DNA of 59,296 nt. It comes from a virus (Duplodnaviria; Caudoviricetes). Location: positions 1 through 59,296 of the IMG/VR virus record IMGVR_UViG_3300039171_000065. One strand, written 5' to 3'. The notes beneath the pieces are model-generated. The model searched no databases, was not told the origin of the DNA, and saw nothing but the letters and a program-made list of their open reading frames with translations. The position numbers and the translations under genes were made by a program. This document shows positions 1 to 9,626 of the stretch, piece after piece. The first letter of the stretch is position 1. Each line of letters opens with the position of its first letter.

Positions 1-1
1 A

Positions 2-73
2 AATCAGGATTTGAATGAAAAAGATGAGACTCATGAGAGTGCTTGGCTGAAAAGTTTTGTTGGTCAGCTTTAA
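2..73 (+). CDS. 3' end of upstream gene, probably prohead core/scaffold gp22 (partial)
   Basis: Open frame NQDLNEKDETHESAWLKSFVGQL* from the window edge; identity inferred only from position upstream of gp23. Confidence 0.4.
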   Translation, partial: NQDLNEKDETHESAWLKSFVGQL

Positions 74-89
74 TTAGAACATAGACTTA

Positions 90-97
90 TATAAATA
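90..97 (+). promoter_or_regulatory. T4-type late promoter TATAAATA
   Basis: Exact gp55 consensus 38 nt upstream of the gp23 ATG. Confidence 0.85.
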
Positions 98-134
98 CAA
101 TTAATAACTTTACAAAGAAAGGTAGGAATAAACA

Positions 135-1412
135 ATGAGTAAGCTACTTAAAGAAGCTGTAGACAAAGTAATGAATGACGAGAAAGCGCCGGTCATCAAT
201 GATGATTATCGTCGTCAGGTTACAGAATCTGTTATCGAAAACCAAATCAGATACAATCAGGGTATGAACGAATCTGAAACCCCGACTAACCAAACAGGTG
301 GCGTTGCTAACTTTGATCCTATTCTGATCAAAATGGTTCGTCGCTCCATGCCTAAGCTGATGGCTTTTGACTTGACCGGTGTACAATCAATGACTGGACC
401 TACTGGTTCGATCTTTGCAATGCGCGCACGTTACAACAATCAGACTGGCACAGAAGCTTTGTTTGATGAAGCTAATACCGCATTCTCTGGTGCAGGCGCA
501 CAAGCTGGTGATACCTCTGGTTTCGCTGCTGATGCATTTGGTGTTGGTGATCCTGTTACTGGCACTGGTACTGGTACTGGTATGAGCACCGCCAATGCTC
601 AGCTTCTGGGTACAGATACTGGTGATGCTTGGAATGAAATGGCATTCAGCATCGAACGTACTGACGTTTCTGTAAAAAGTCGTAAATTGAAAGCTCAATT
701 CTCTCGTGAATTGGCTTACGATTTGAAAAACACCCACAACATGGATGCCGAAACTGAACTTGCAAACATTTTGTCAACAGAAATCACTGCCGAAATTGAC
801 CGTGAAATCCTGCGTACAATCAACGTTGCTGCTGTTCTTGGCGCTCAAAGTACTGCTGTACCGGGTCTGTTCGATCTGGCTGCTGACAGTGACGGTCGTT
901 GGTTGGTTGAGAAGTTCAAAGGTCTGTTGTTCCAAATCGAACTGGAAGCAAACCGTGTAGCTATCGAAACCCGCCGTGGTCGTGCTAACCGTGTTATCTG
1001 TAGCTCTAACGTAGCATCTGCTTTGAACATGGCTGGTGTACTTGACTACAATCCTGCTTTGGCATCAAACATGAACGTTGATCCGACTGCTGGCACATAC
1101 GCTGGTATTCTGATGGGCAAGTATCAGGTTTATATTGATCCTTATGCTGGTCGTGATTACGTGACTGTAGGTTATAAAGGCGATAACTCATGGGATGCTG
1201 GTATCTTTTACTGCCCATACTTGCCGCTTGAAATGTACCGCGCAGTTGGTGAAGACAGCTTTGCACCTAAGATCGGTTTTGCGAGTCGCTACGGCATCAT
1301 TGCGAATCCATATGAGCATAATGACGCTTCTGGCGCTCGTGCTGGTAAAGGTCTTGGACAAGGGGAAAATAGATATTACAGAAAATTTGCCGTGGCTTCG
1401 TTGACAGGCTAA
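135..1412 (+). CDS. gp23: Major capsid protein
   Basis: FDPILIKMVRR, GVQSMTGPTG, EMAFSIE, KSRKLKA, DAETELANIL, DAGIFYCPY, PKIGFASRYG are T4 gp23 family motifs. Confidence 0.98.
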   Translation: MSKLLKEAVDKVMNDEKAPVINDDYRRQVTESVIENQIRYNQGMNESETPTNQTGGVANFDPILIKMVRRSMPKLMAFDLTGVQSMTGPTGSIFAMRARYNNQTGTEALFDEANTAFSGAGAQAGDTSGFAADAFGVGDPVTGTGTGTGMSTANAQLLGTDTGDAWNEMAFSIERTDVSVKSRKLKAQFSRELAYDLKNTHNMDAETELANILSTEITAEIDREILRTINVAAVLGAQSTAVPGLFDLAADSDGRWLVEKFKGLLFQIELEANRVAIETRRGRANRVICSSNVASALNMAGVLDYNPALASNMNVDPTAGTYAGILMGKYQVYIDPYAGRDYVTVGYKGDNSWDAGIFYCPYLPLEMYRAVGEDSFAPKIGFASRYGIIANPYEHNDASGARAGKGLGQGENRYYRKFAVASLTG

Positions 1413-1428
1413 TATCTATATGATAGAA

Positions 1429-1465
1429 TCGGGCTACTGATGAAAATTGGTAGCCCAATTTTTTG
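1429..1465 (+). terminator. Rho-independent terminator after gp23
   Basis: GGGCTACTGAT/ATTGGTAGCCC stem followed by a T-run. Confidence 0.75.
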
Positions 1466-1499
1466 TTTATAGAGAATAATTACTTTAGGAAGATGGTAT

Positions 1500-2495
1500 A
1501 TGAGTATTGTTTATGCTTTGCTAGACACAAGTAAACGCGGAAAATTTATAACCCCCTACGTTTCATTCCTGTACAAGCCATATTATATAGGAAAAGGAAC
1601 AGAAAAAAGACCTTTAGCTCACCTTTATGAAGCTGAGTATGCTAAAGGGAAGAATAGTTACAAGACAAATAAAATTTTGTCTTTGATAAAAAATGGCCAA
1701 GATTTTTCTTATGTATATTTTCATTGTGATTCGGAACGCGAAGCATACGATAAAGAAGAAGAATTGATAAATTTGTTTGGTAGGTATTTTGATGGTGGTA
1801 TATTGTGTAATATTACATTAGGAGGGGAAATTAATGTGAAAACTGGATATATTCATTGTCTTGACAATTCAACAGGTTATAATGTTTATGTTTCTGTTGA
1901 TGACAAACGAATAGGAAAAACTTTATCTCCATTGTGTCGTAGAGGTCATGTTCCTTGTGTTGATGAAAATGGAGACGTGTACTTTTCAACACAAGATGAA
2001 TATAAAATGGGAATGCATACTCACATGCACACTGGAAGAAAGCGCACTGATGAAACCAGATCAAAAATATCTAAAGGAAAACTAGCTTATACCTTTACAG
2101 ATGAACATATAGAAAATATAATTATAGCAAATCAAATTAATGATAAGCTGAACCAGCTTGGTGTCAAAAGAAAAGATTCCACAAAAGAAGCTATTTCTAA
2201 ATCAAGAACTGGTGAAAAATCTAAGGTAGCTAAGACTTGGAAGTTTGTTGATCCAAACGGGAATGAGTACATATTTAAAGGTGGATTTTCTAAATTCTGT
2301 TCTATGATGAACCTTTCCCCACAGCGTATGAGAACCAACAAGGGTAAAATAATATCCAAGGCCACCAACAAGGGACACTTAAATGAAAGTGTTTTAAATA
2401 CTGAGGGGTGGTGGTGTGATCATACAGAAGATGAACCAAACCTTTGTTTTTTCTTTATAAAGAAGTCTGTAGAATCTAGAATGAAATGTTTATGA
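1500..2495 (+). CDS. Free-standing GIY-YIG (LEM-3/Seg-like) homing endonuclease
   Basis: IVYAL...YYIGKG..KR...H, EREAYDKEEELI, LCNITLGG; NUMOD3-like repeats (GRKRTDETRSKIS, KRKDSTKEAISKSRTGEK). Confidence 0.8.
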   Translation: MSIVYALLDTSKRGKFITPYVSFLYKPYYIGKGTEKRPLAHLYEAEYAKGKNSYKTNKILSLIKNGQDFSYVYFHCDSEREAYDKEEELINLFGRYFDGGILCNITLGGEINVKTGYIHCLDNSTGYNVYVSVDDKRIGKTLSPLCRRGHVPCVDENGDVYFSTQDEYKMGMHTHMHTGRKRTDETRSKISKGKLAYTFTDEHIENIIIANQINDKLNQLGVKRKDSTKEAISKSRTGEKSKVAKTWKFVDPNGNEYIFKGGFSKFCSMMNLSPQRMRTNKGKIISKATNKGHLNESVLNTEGWWCDHTEDEPNLCFFFIKKSVESRMKCL

Positions 2496-2505
2496 AACAA
2501 AAAAC

Positions 2506-2536
2506 AAAAAAAGGGAACCAATTTGGTTCCCTTTTT
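2506..2536. terminator. Bidirectional terminator, identical copy at 57756-57786
   Basis: AAAAAAAGGGAACCAATTTGGTTCCCTTTTT between convergent genes. Confidence 0.85.
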
Positions 2537-4342
2537 TCATGCCTCGATTTTATATTTTATAGAACCCGCATCGTACATAATTGTGTATCCATGCATGTTC
2601 ATATTCTCTTTTTCTGTTAGTTGTTCATCAAACCTTTCTAATACATTTTCTAGTTTATGCTTCATGAAAGCCTTTCTTGAATATCTTTCCAGTCCCTTAA
2701 AGTAATGATAATTCGGTTCTGTAACTCCAAACATTTCAAATCCATACTTTTCATAAACATTTCCGTGTGAGTAGTCCAAACTTGCGAAGGTTTCTATGAC
2801 ACTCCATACATTGTTCCTTTGAAAGTGTGTGAGAAGCTTAGAGAAGCCCCCTACTACGTTCTTTGATGTTGCATAGCGTACTAGGTCATACTGGTCAGAA
2901 GTCTTTCCTGTGAGCTTCTTAAAGCTGATACAAGCCACAAATTCACCATTGAATACCAACCCATAATTAACTTTTGAATCATTGTACCCTTGTACGTGTG
3001 TTTCTGTGTAAAATTCCCTAGCCTCACTTGCCGTTACAGAAACTACCTCACACTTCCGAGCATAAACTTTTTCTTTGGTTGATTTGTTGCACTTTTGAAT
3101 GATCTTTTCTTTTATGATTTCTTTGGTTACTGGATTTGCCCACTGATCTTCATATACATGAATCAATAGAATCCCTGCTTCTTTACAAGCCAGTGCCTTT
3201 TGTTGATGATAAGCCTTATCCTTATAAACATCCGAATGCCAGTACACCCCGTTGTACTCAATAGCCACATTATGTTCTGGTATATAGATATCGAGTTCTT
3301 TTGGTGCTAACACACTTCTGTTACTTGTTTCGTAATTGATTCCAGCTTCATCAAGAATGTTACAAATTTCCTTTTCTGCATTAGAAACCGTTCTTAAAAT
3401 ATTGTCATTAACATATATATCGTGTTCTTTTAAAGCTTGCAGGACTGTTCTGTGTGAACCAATTCCTAATCGCTTTGCAATGATATGCGAGTTACCAACT
3501 TCTTTGTACATTTCTGACAGTGATTCTTTATCATACAAAACAGAACTAGCCAGTGCGCTATAATGTGATCTAGCAGAAAAAACATGTCCATACTTTTTTA
3601 AATTGACTTCTTTTACTTTTTCTTTTACTTCATCACACATCATCGGGCTATGGACACCATATCTTTCTGTGTTTGTGGCTTGTGTTCTTGCTAGAATATC
3701 AGGGTTTTGTAGTGGTGATATCACACCCCATTTAGCAACCATTCCAGCTTGAACCTTATCCTTTGCAAACTCAAAAGGATTTGCTGATCCATACTTTTCT
3801 ATGTTGGATGATTCTCTGGCCGCGATTACCTCTGGATTAGATAAATGGTGTGTATGTCCAGTTCGCTCAAAATATTCTTCTTTGTAAGATTCTTGAAACT
3901 CGTTTGATGAAATATAACAAGCTGACCCGTACCTTTCCATGTTGGTTTTTCTTATCTTTTCTTTTACAGCATCACTTCCCATATGGTGCTTTGATCCATA
4001 CTTTTTAAGATTCGTTTCTTCTCTTTTTTTCAGTGTTCCTTTGCTTGTACAAACCTTGCTACAAAAAGCCCTGAAACCATTCTTGTAATAGTGATCAACC
4101 TTAACCCTGTTTGCACCAATAGGAGCAACACACCCACACTGGCCACAGTATTGAATCTCTGTTATGTCGTTTATCACAACAAAGCATCGTGTTGGTGCTT
4201 TTACCGTGTCATAAGAATCATCAAGAAACGTAGTCGCTTCTTTTAGAGCAGAAACAAATTTCAGGTATTTTTCTGTTCTGAGTTCTCGCCCTGTCGGGTA
4301 TTCGTTGTCAATAATAAAATTTTTTAGTTCTTGGTAAGGCAT
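2537..4342 (-). CDS. Hef-like / Vsr-type PD-(D/E)xK putative homing endonuclease with KYG repeats
   Basis: Zn motifs (CGQCG, FCSKVC), tandem TN.(E/K)(K/R)YG repeats, ELDIYIPEHNVAIEYNGVYWH nuclease motif, GGFSKLL, YDAG; late promoter on the minus strand at 4363-4370; start placed at MPYQE. Confidence 0.8.
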   Translation of the reverse strand: MPYQELKNFIIDNEYPTGRELRTEKYLKFVSALKEATTFLDDSYDTVKAPTRCFVVINDITEIQYCGQCGCVAPIGANRVKVDHYYKNGFRAFCSKVCTSKGTLKKREETNLKKYGSKHHMGSDAVKEKIRKTNMERYGSACYISSNEFQESYKEEYFERTGHTHHLSNPEVIAARESSNIEKYGSANPFEFAKDKVQAGMVAKWGVISPLQNPDILARTQATNTERYGVHSPMMCDEVKEKVKEVNLKKYGHVFSARSHYSALASSVLYDKESLSEMYKEVGNSHIIAKRLGIGSHRTVLQALKEHDIYVNDNILRTVSNAEKEICNILDEAGINYETSNRSVLAPKELDIYIPEHNVAIEYNGVYWHSDVYKDKAYHQQKALACKEAGILLIHVYEDQWANPVTKEIIKEKIIQKCNKSTKEKVYARKCEVVSVTASEAREFYTETHVQGYNDSKVNYGLVFNGEFVACISFKKLTGKTSDQYDLVRYATSKNVVGGFSKLLTHFQRNNVWSVIETFASLDYSHGNVYEKYGFEMFGVTEPNYHYFKGLERYSRKAFMKHKLENVLERFDEQLTEKENMNMHGYTIMYDAGSIKYKIEA

Positions 4343-4444
4343 AATTTTTCCTTTTGTCTGTCTATTTATAATCATACCATACCTAGTAGCAAAGTTGATA
4401 GTTATTTAAGACAAAAAAAAGAGACTTTCGCCTCGATTTTATAT

Positions 4445-4639
4445 TCAAATCCACACCCTAACTAGAATATACGCCAACCACAGGAATGTAGTCGAAGCTA
4501 ACAATAAGCCTTGAATAATATAAATTTTATTCTTTGTTCTTATTGTTAAATTAGTAGAAGAATCCATTACAATACCTATCAATTCGTTGATGACTACTGC
4601 AATAGCCATCGTTATACACACTTTTAAAAACACTTCCAT
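4445..4639 (-). CDS. Small membrane protein
   Basis: Two hydrophobic segments; start overlaps the upstream stop. Confidence 0.6.
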   Translation of the reverse strand: MEVFLKVCITMAIAVVINELIGIVMDSSTNLTIRTKNKIYIIQGLLLASTTFLWLAYILVRVWI

Positions 4640-5145
4640 TACGATCTCCAATAATTTTCAAACTGCTCTTGTTTGACATTTATCACATTTTGAATTCTTG
4701 CCAGTCTAGCCTCACGACTTTCAAATAACTTAGCAACTTTACCAATCTCGATTGGATCGGTTACACCAAGCAGCCTATCCATAAGCTTAGGCATATTTTC
4801 GCTTTTTGCTTTATTAACAATTGACCGCGCTTTATCAATCCACGCAGATAGTTCATTTTTTTCTAGCTCAATTGCCATTTTAGCATTGTACTCAGCCCAG
4901 AACGTGGTTTCATCCATACGCTCCCAGTAAACAGAACTATTTTTCTTTGTTTCTTTTTCGATGAGGGTGATACCTTCACTGTCAAAAGAAAAGAAAAACG
5001 TATAAGTATTTCCGTACACGTTATCACTTACAGCCAACAGGGTGTTGGGTGATGCAATGGACAGAATGTACTTAGCTTGTGAAACGGATTTGAATTTACC
5101 GTTGTTGTTCTTGGCAAGACTGAAAAGCGACTTTGAAATACTCAT
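4639..5145 (-). CDS. Hypothetical early protein
   Basis: 168 aa; preceded by a TTGACA promoter and CAGGAGATT RBS on the minus strand. Confidence 0.75.
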   Translation of the reverse strand: MSISKSLFSLAKNNNGKFKSVSQAKYILSIASPNTLLAVSDNVYGNTYTFFFSFDSEGITLIEKETKKNSSVYWERMDETTFWAEYNAKMAIELEKNELSAWIDKARSIVNKAKSENMPKLMDRLLGVTDPIEIGKVAKLFESREARLARIQNVINVKQEQFENYWRS

Positions 5146-5233
5146 AAGCTAATCTCCTGAAAAAGTGAGATGGTGAGAGGGTTTCCCCTCACCACAACTA
5201 TATCTTACCAAAGAACCGATTTGGTGTCAAGAA

Positions 5234-5437
5234 TTAAATTTCTCTAATTAAAAAACTCGCTGTTTCTGGAAAAAATCCAGCAAACAAAATCAGAGATACA
5301 CAAAATATGAAATCGAACTCACAAAGATGTTCAATCGCTTTTTTCCATTTTTCATAAAACTTCACATCAAACCAAGCAATCGCCAATGGGACGTTGATCA
5401 ATGTAAATGCAGTCAACAGTAAACCTATAATTGTCAT
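5234..5437 (-). CDS. Small membrane protein
   Basis: Hydrophobic ORF MTIIG...; TAATG coupling with the upstream ORF. Confidence 0.55.
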   Translation of the reverse strand: MTIIGLLLTAFTLINVPLAIAWFDVKFYEKWKKAIEHLCEFDFIFCVSLILFAGFFPETASFLIREI

Positions 5438-5625
5438 TACATAAACCCTTGCATGATTAAAACTTTTTCGATGAAAATGTACCAAGCCCACGGAGGGAAG
5501 ACAATACAAAAGAATGTACTCAAAACCCCTTTAGATAAAACTGTTCCAGCTACCCACATGAATATTAGGATTATTTCAGCTATATATTTCATAATTAGGA
5601 GGATTATTTCAGCTATATATTTCAT
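5437..5625 (-). CDS. Small membrane protein with a duplicated N-terminus
   Basis: MKYIAEIILLI-MKYIAEIILI; conserved-looking IVFPPWAWY. Confidence 0.6.
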   Translation of the reverse strand: MKYIAEIILLIMKYIAEIILIFMWVAGTVLSKGVLSTFFCIVFPPWAWYIFIEKVLIMQGFM

Positions 5626-5629
5626 AATT
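5564..5629. repeat. 33-bp tandem duplication
   Basis: AGGATTATTTCAGCTATATATTTCATAATT occurs twice, 33 bp apart. Confidence 0.9.
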
Positions 5630-5804
5630 TAATCAACTCTGGTGAAATTTCTGAATCGGTTACGACAGCTTCACCATAGGGATGAGAGTCTATAAATCAA
5701 TGTGCAACAAGGTAAGCCAGCCATTCATACCTATACGGGCCTTTTCTAACATAACTTGATCTTTGGTAGCCCTTTAAAGTATGTATATAGTATTTTTTCT
5801 TCAT
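5622..5804 (-). pseudogene. Small ORF interrupted by an in-frame TGA
   Basis: MKKKYYIHTLKGY...LVAH*FIDSHPYGEAVVTDSEISPELIKL*; exactly fills the gap between uvsY and the next gene; TGA at 5697-5699. Confidence 0.5.
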
Positions 5805-5808
5805 TATT

Positions 5809-6297
5809 TTATGCACCACTTTCGAACTTCCGATAGTCTATGACTGATTTAATGTGAAATCCTCGATTAGAAATGTCTTTCACAGTTCTTTCAAGGTAGT
5901 TCACAATTTGTTTTTGTACCTCTAGCAGTTCAGAAGCGTATCCTAATCTTTTGTCGGCTGCAAGATACTTGTCAATATCACCTTTGAGAACCTTTTCGTT
6001 AAAGACTCCAAACTTTGTGTAATATTGATCTGTCTGCTTCCCGTTGAAATATTTCCATCGTTCAAGATAGACACGTTTTTGAATCTGTTGGTATTTTATC
6101 AGGGACATAGACTCGTTGGCGAACATTACAGAATATTTCTGATGAAGCTTTGGTGTTCTAATAGCTTCACCGTCAATATCAAATTCATCAATCTCTACAT
6201 CTTTTCCTGCAAGCTGAACCAGTTCAACAAAACTATTTTCTGCTTTGTCGATGAGGTCTTCTAAATCACTATTATGATCCGTACTCAATTGTTTCAC
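5809..6297 (-). CDS. uvsY: Recombination mediator UvsY
   Basis: IRTPKLHQKY, ERWKYFNGK, VLKGDIDKYLAAD, RGFHIKSVIDYRKFESG. Confidence 0.92.
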   Translation of the reverse strand: MKQLSTDHNSDLEDLIDKAENSFVELVQLAGKDVEIDEFDIDGEAIRTPKLHQKYSVMFANESMSLIKYQQIQKRVYLERWKYFNGKQTDQYYTKFGVFNEKVLKGDIDKYLAADKRLGYASELLEVQKQIVNYLERTVKDISNRGFHIKSVIDYRKFESGA

Positions 6298-6772
6298 CTG
6301 TGATTACGTTGTTTATAGTGTAGTGAGTGTACACGAATGTCGCAGAAGATGCAAGTGTTGTTTCGTCACCAACAATATCATATTCAATGTCGCCAATATC
6401 TGTTACGTGAGCGTTGTTGTAACGGATTCTGATCGTTGGTGCGTTGCTTCTGTCTAGGACGGTCAGTTCTACATATGACGTTAGATCGTTGCCCTGTGAG
6501 TCTTTGACGCCGCGAGAGAGTGCAAACATCCATTTGTTCAGTGTAACCCATTGCGACAAGTTTTCATCCAGCAAAAATCGAAGGGTTAGATCACCAAACT
6601 CAACCTTGTCACCGGGAAAAGGAATATTTGAAAAACGTGCTGGCATTTCCGCTGGTGTTAAACTAGCACCTCCCATGTTTGTACCTTGAATGGTGTACGT
6701 GATATCTCTATCATACCCAAGTACAGCGATAAACGAGGTTGATTTTGCTGTGTTAATAGCCTTTGTAGTCAT
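6272..6772 (-). CDS. gp3: Tail completion / tube terminator gp3-like
   Basis: PGDKVEFGDLTLRFLLDENL..W motif; GATAAATA late-promoter-like site upstream; adjacent to uvsY. Confidence 0.8.
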   Translation of the reverse strand: MTTKAINTAKSTSFIAVLGYDRDITYTIQGTNMGGASLTPAEMPARFSNIPFPGDKVEFGDLTLRFLLDENLSQWVTLNKWMFALSRGVKDSQGNDLTSYVELTVLDRSNAPTIRIRYNNAHVTDIGDIEYDIVGDETTLASSATFVYTHYTINNVITGETIEYGS

Positions 6773-6822
6773 TTGTTTTACCCTGCATCATTGTTTCCTG
6801 TATACAGGTATTTATCTTATTA

Positions 6823-6990
6823 TTATTCTTCTTCGTCATCACCATCTCTAATAACGGTTATTCTAACTAAAAATTCTTCAACTTTTAAAGCATCAACTCT
6901 ACTAGAGCTTACGCCTTTATACTCTTCCATTTCTCTAAGTTCTTCCTCTACACAAGCGATTAACTTTTCTGTTTGGTGATCTGTCAACAT
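6823..6990 (-). CDS. Small acidic hypothetical protein (55 aa, not in ORF track)
   Basis: MLTDHQTEKLIACVEEELREMEEYKGVSSSRVDALKVEEFLVRITVIRDGDDEEE*. Confidence 0.6.
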   Translation of the reverse strand: MLTDHQTEKLIACVEEELREMEEYKGVSSSRVDALKVEEFLVRITVIRDGDDEEE

Positions 6991-7056
6991 TTGCAATACG
7001 CCTTATTTTATGAAACTACCATTAAAATTACCATAAATAGTCAACAGGAGCAACAC

Positions 7057-7470
7057 ATGAAACCATTTAAAAAATTTATCACAGAACAGTTTATGATAGC
7101 TAGAATTAATATGCCTCAGATTGATGACGTTTCTAAATTCACGGAATGGCTAACAGAGAGTATGGGTGTGGGTAGCTGGGCTTATATGGGATTGGTCGAT
7201 TATTTCAAACCGTTGCAAGCGGAAGGGTTTGACGAGGACAAGATAAGAAATATTTGTATGGGTATGAGAAAAGACCCTGATTCAATACCTACTATGAAAC
7301 CTATCATCGTAAGTGAGGATGGGTACGTTGTTGACGGACATCACAGGTATCTTGCCGCTATTAGAGAGCAAGTTAAAATACCCTATATACTAGTAGACAC
7401 AACCGCTAACAAACTATTAAAATTGGCTTATGAATATGTCGCAACCTCAGATTATAATCCAGAAGATTAA
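7057..7470 (+). CDS. ParB/Srx-domain protein with capsid-targeting-like N-terminus
   Basis: PIIVSEDGYVVDGHHRYLAA; MKPFKKFITE; CATAAATA at 7032-7039 and AGGAG RBS. Confidence 0.75.
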   Translation: MKPFKKFITEQFMIARINMPQIDDVSKFTEWLTESMGVGSWAYMGLVDYFKPLQAEGFDEDKIRNICMGMRKDPDSIPTMKPIIVSEDGYVVDGHHRYLAAIREQVKIPYILVDTTANKLLKLAYEYVATSDYNPED

Positions 7471-8998
7471 CGAATCCTATGTCAAGATTTCTTGTGTTGA
7501 AAAATACATGGAAATGGAGATTCAGGATAAGTTTAGTTTTGAGGTTCCTAACGCTAAACATGACCCGCGTGTGAAAGCTGGTAAATGGGATGGGTACAAA
7601 CGGCTCTACAACCGCCGTAACAAGACGTTTCCCGTAGGCTTGGTGTTGGCACTGCTAAGGTTTGTAAAGGGGCAGGGATACAGCTACAAGGTTGATCCTG
7701 AGCTTATTCCACAGACTGACCTCATTCGTGAAGATATTGAACACGTAATGACTACGGTGATTGATCCGCATAGCAAAGGTAAGCCAATTACACCACACGA
7801 ACACCAGTACGATGCTCTTATGCATATGTTTGGCATGGGACGCAGTTTATGTTTGTCATCTACAAGTAGTGGTAAGTCCCTTATCATTTACAGCGCCTTG
7901 CGTATGTTGCAACTACTTCCTGAGATGGAAGACAAAAAATTCTTTGTCGTAGTTCCCTCTGGAAACCTAGTTGAGCAGATGTACAATGATTTTGAAAATT
8001 ATGCTACGGGTTCCTCTGTTAAGTGGAATGTTGGAACTCATTGTCAGAAAATCAACAAAGACTATAAAAAATATATTGATAGACAGATTGTTATTACTAC
8101 ATGGCAGTCCATGGCAAAGCTTCCTAAATACGTTTTTGATGATATGAAAGCCGTATTTTGTGACGAAGTTCACGGTAGCTCTGCCCAAGTCCTTTCTGGT
8201 TTGATTGAAAATTCTATCAACTGCCCTATGAAGCATGGCTTAACCGGTTCGCTTGATGGGTTTGAATCAAACGAAATGTTTATTGAAGGTTTGTTTGGCC
8301 CGCGCAAGATCATCATGACAGCAAAAGAAAGCATTGATAAAGGTGTTGCATCCCCTATTGATGTGAAGATGCTTTTGTTGAAGTATAGCCAAGAATTCAA
8401 GGGTGATCTTGCGTCTACCGTATTCACAAAGGAAGATGGAAAAAAACGAAACCCTAAAGACTGGTATCGTGTTGAAAAAGAATTTATCTATTCACTCCCT
8501 GAAAGGAAAAAGTTTCTTGTCAATCTGATTCTGTCCCTGAAAGGAAATACGCTTGTTTTGTTTGACTCAATAGACATCTATCAAACTCCTGTATATGAGA
8601 TGTTGAAAGAAAAGCATGATAATGTGTTTGTTATTAATGGCGAGGTCAGTAACAAAGAACGTGACGTTATCAAGGCTAAGATCGAGGCTGGTGAGAGTGT
8701 GATAACCTGTGCCACTTTTGGAACTATGGCTGTTGGTATTTCTATCAATAAGCTTCACAACATGGTTCTTGCATCATCCACAAAATCCATGATCAGGATC
8801 ATTCAGTCTATTGGTCGATTGATGCGATTGCATGATACAAAAGAGGTTGCCACAATTTATGACGTGGTTGATGATCTTTCTATGCCCGACAAGCGGTATA
8901 GTGGGTATATGATACAGCATGGCAAGGCTCGTGTAAAAATCTATGCCAATGAGCAACATCCTGTCAAATTCTATCCTGTTGACATCAAAAAGGGGTAA
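7430..8998 (+). CDS. uvsW: UvsW DNA helicase
   Basis: KWDG, STSSGKS Walker A, DEVH, GLTGSL, IIQSIGRLMR, YDVVDD. Confidence 0.95.
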   Translation: MNMSQPQIIIQKINESYVKISCVEKYMEMEIQDKFSFEVPNAKHDPRVKAGKWDGYKRLYNRRNKTFPVGLVLALLRFVKGQGYSYKVDPELIPQTDLIREDIEHVMTTVIDPHSKGKPITPHEHQYDALMHMFGMGRSLCLSSTSSGKSLIIYSALRMLQLLPEMEDKKFFVVVPSGNLVEQMYNDFENYATGSSVKWNVGTHCQKINKDYKKYIDRQIVITTWQSMAKLPKYVFDDMKAVFCDEVHGSSAQVLSGLIENSINCPMKHGLTGSLDGFESNEMFIEGLFGPRKIIMTAKESIDKGVASPIDVKMLLLKYSQEFKGDLASTVFTKEDGKKRNPKDWYRVEKEFIYSLPERKKFLVNLILSLKGNTLVLFDSIDIYQTPVYEMLKEKHDNVFVINGEVSNKERDVIKAKIEAGESVITCATFGTMAVGISINKLHNMVLASSTKSMIRIIQSIGRLMRLHDTKEVATIYDVVDDLSMPDKRYSGYMIQHGKARVKIYANEQHPVKFYPVDIKKG

Positions 8999-9221
8999 AT
9001 TCTCTTTTTGATGTTCTTATTTCACATTTTTAACTCTGTACAAGCTCACTGAGCAGATTTTATCTTTCATTCTATACTACGCCCTACCCCTTAACAAAAA
9101 CCTCTCTATGGACACACCAAAGCCTCTAATGGGTTTAAAGCCCTCTTTATAGACACATGTGTGTCTGTTTTGTGTGTCAACACTCTTTTTAAACATTACA
9201 TAATGTTAACGAAAATAAGTC

Positions 9222-9250
9222 TTGACAGGATATTTTCGATCCGCTAAACT
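9222..9250 (+). promoter_or_regulatory. Sigma70-type promoter pointing into the repeat region
   Basis: TTGACA-17 nt-TAAACT. Confidence 0.6.
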
Positions 9251-9340
9251 CTGCCTAGTTTCACAAGCAAAAGAAGATAAAACCTTTTTTGGCATCGTAA
9301 AAAGACACTCGCCAAAAAATAAACTAATAAAAAACTTAAA

Positions 9341-9600
9341 CCTCATTCGCTGGCGCTCATTACTGTATATGGAAGGTTATAGAAAAAAAAAAAAGAAAAA
9401 ATATACCTCGCTCGCTTCGCTCACTACTGTATAAGAAAATATTTTAACAGGTTTATGAACGTCTTTAAAGGATTTTATTAGAATAAAAAAGAATATAAAA
9501 AAAACAAAAAAGTATATCCTCATTCGCTGGCGCTCATTACTGTATATGAAAAAAGAAAAAAGAAAAAATAGAAAACCGCATCCCCGTTCGCTGCGCTCTC
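9341..9600. repeat. Four GC-rich repeats among A-tracts; candidate replication origin
   Basis: Identical 31-mers at 9341-9371 and 9518-9548; variants at 9406-9433 and 9582-9600. Confidence 0.8.
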
Positions 9601-9626
9601 TTTAGTCAAAATAGTGTATAAAATGT

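Noticed and set aside
6773-6979. Plus-strand 68-aa Ser-rich ORF and the many other short antisense ORFs in the track
   Set aside because: Shadows of real genes on the opposite strand or frame; here the minus-strand ORF 6823-6990 is the better call
9222-9434. 70-aa ORF in the track
   Set aside because: Its TTG start is the -35 box of a promoter, it has no RBS, and it runs through poly-A and repeats
9341-9600. Mini-CRISPR array
   Set aside because: Repeats alternate between variants, spacing is irregular (65, 112, 64 bp), intervening DNA is low-complexity poly-A, and no cas genes are present
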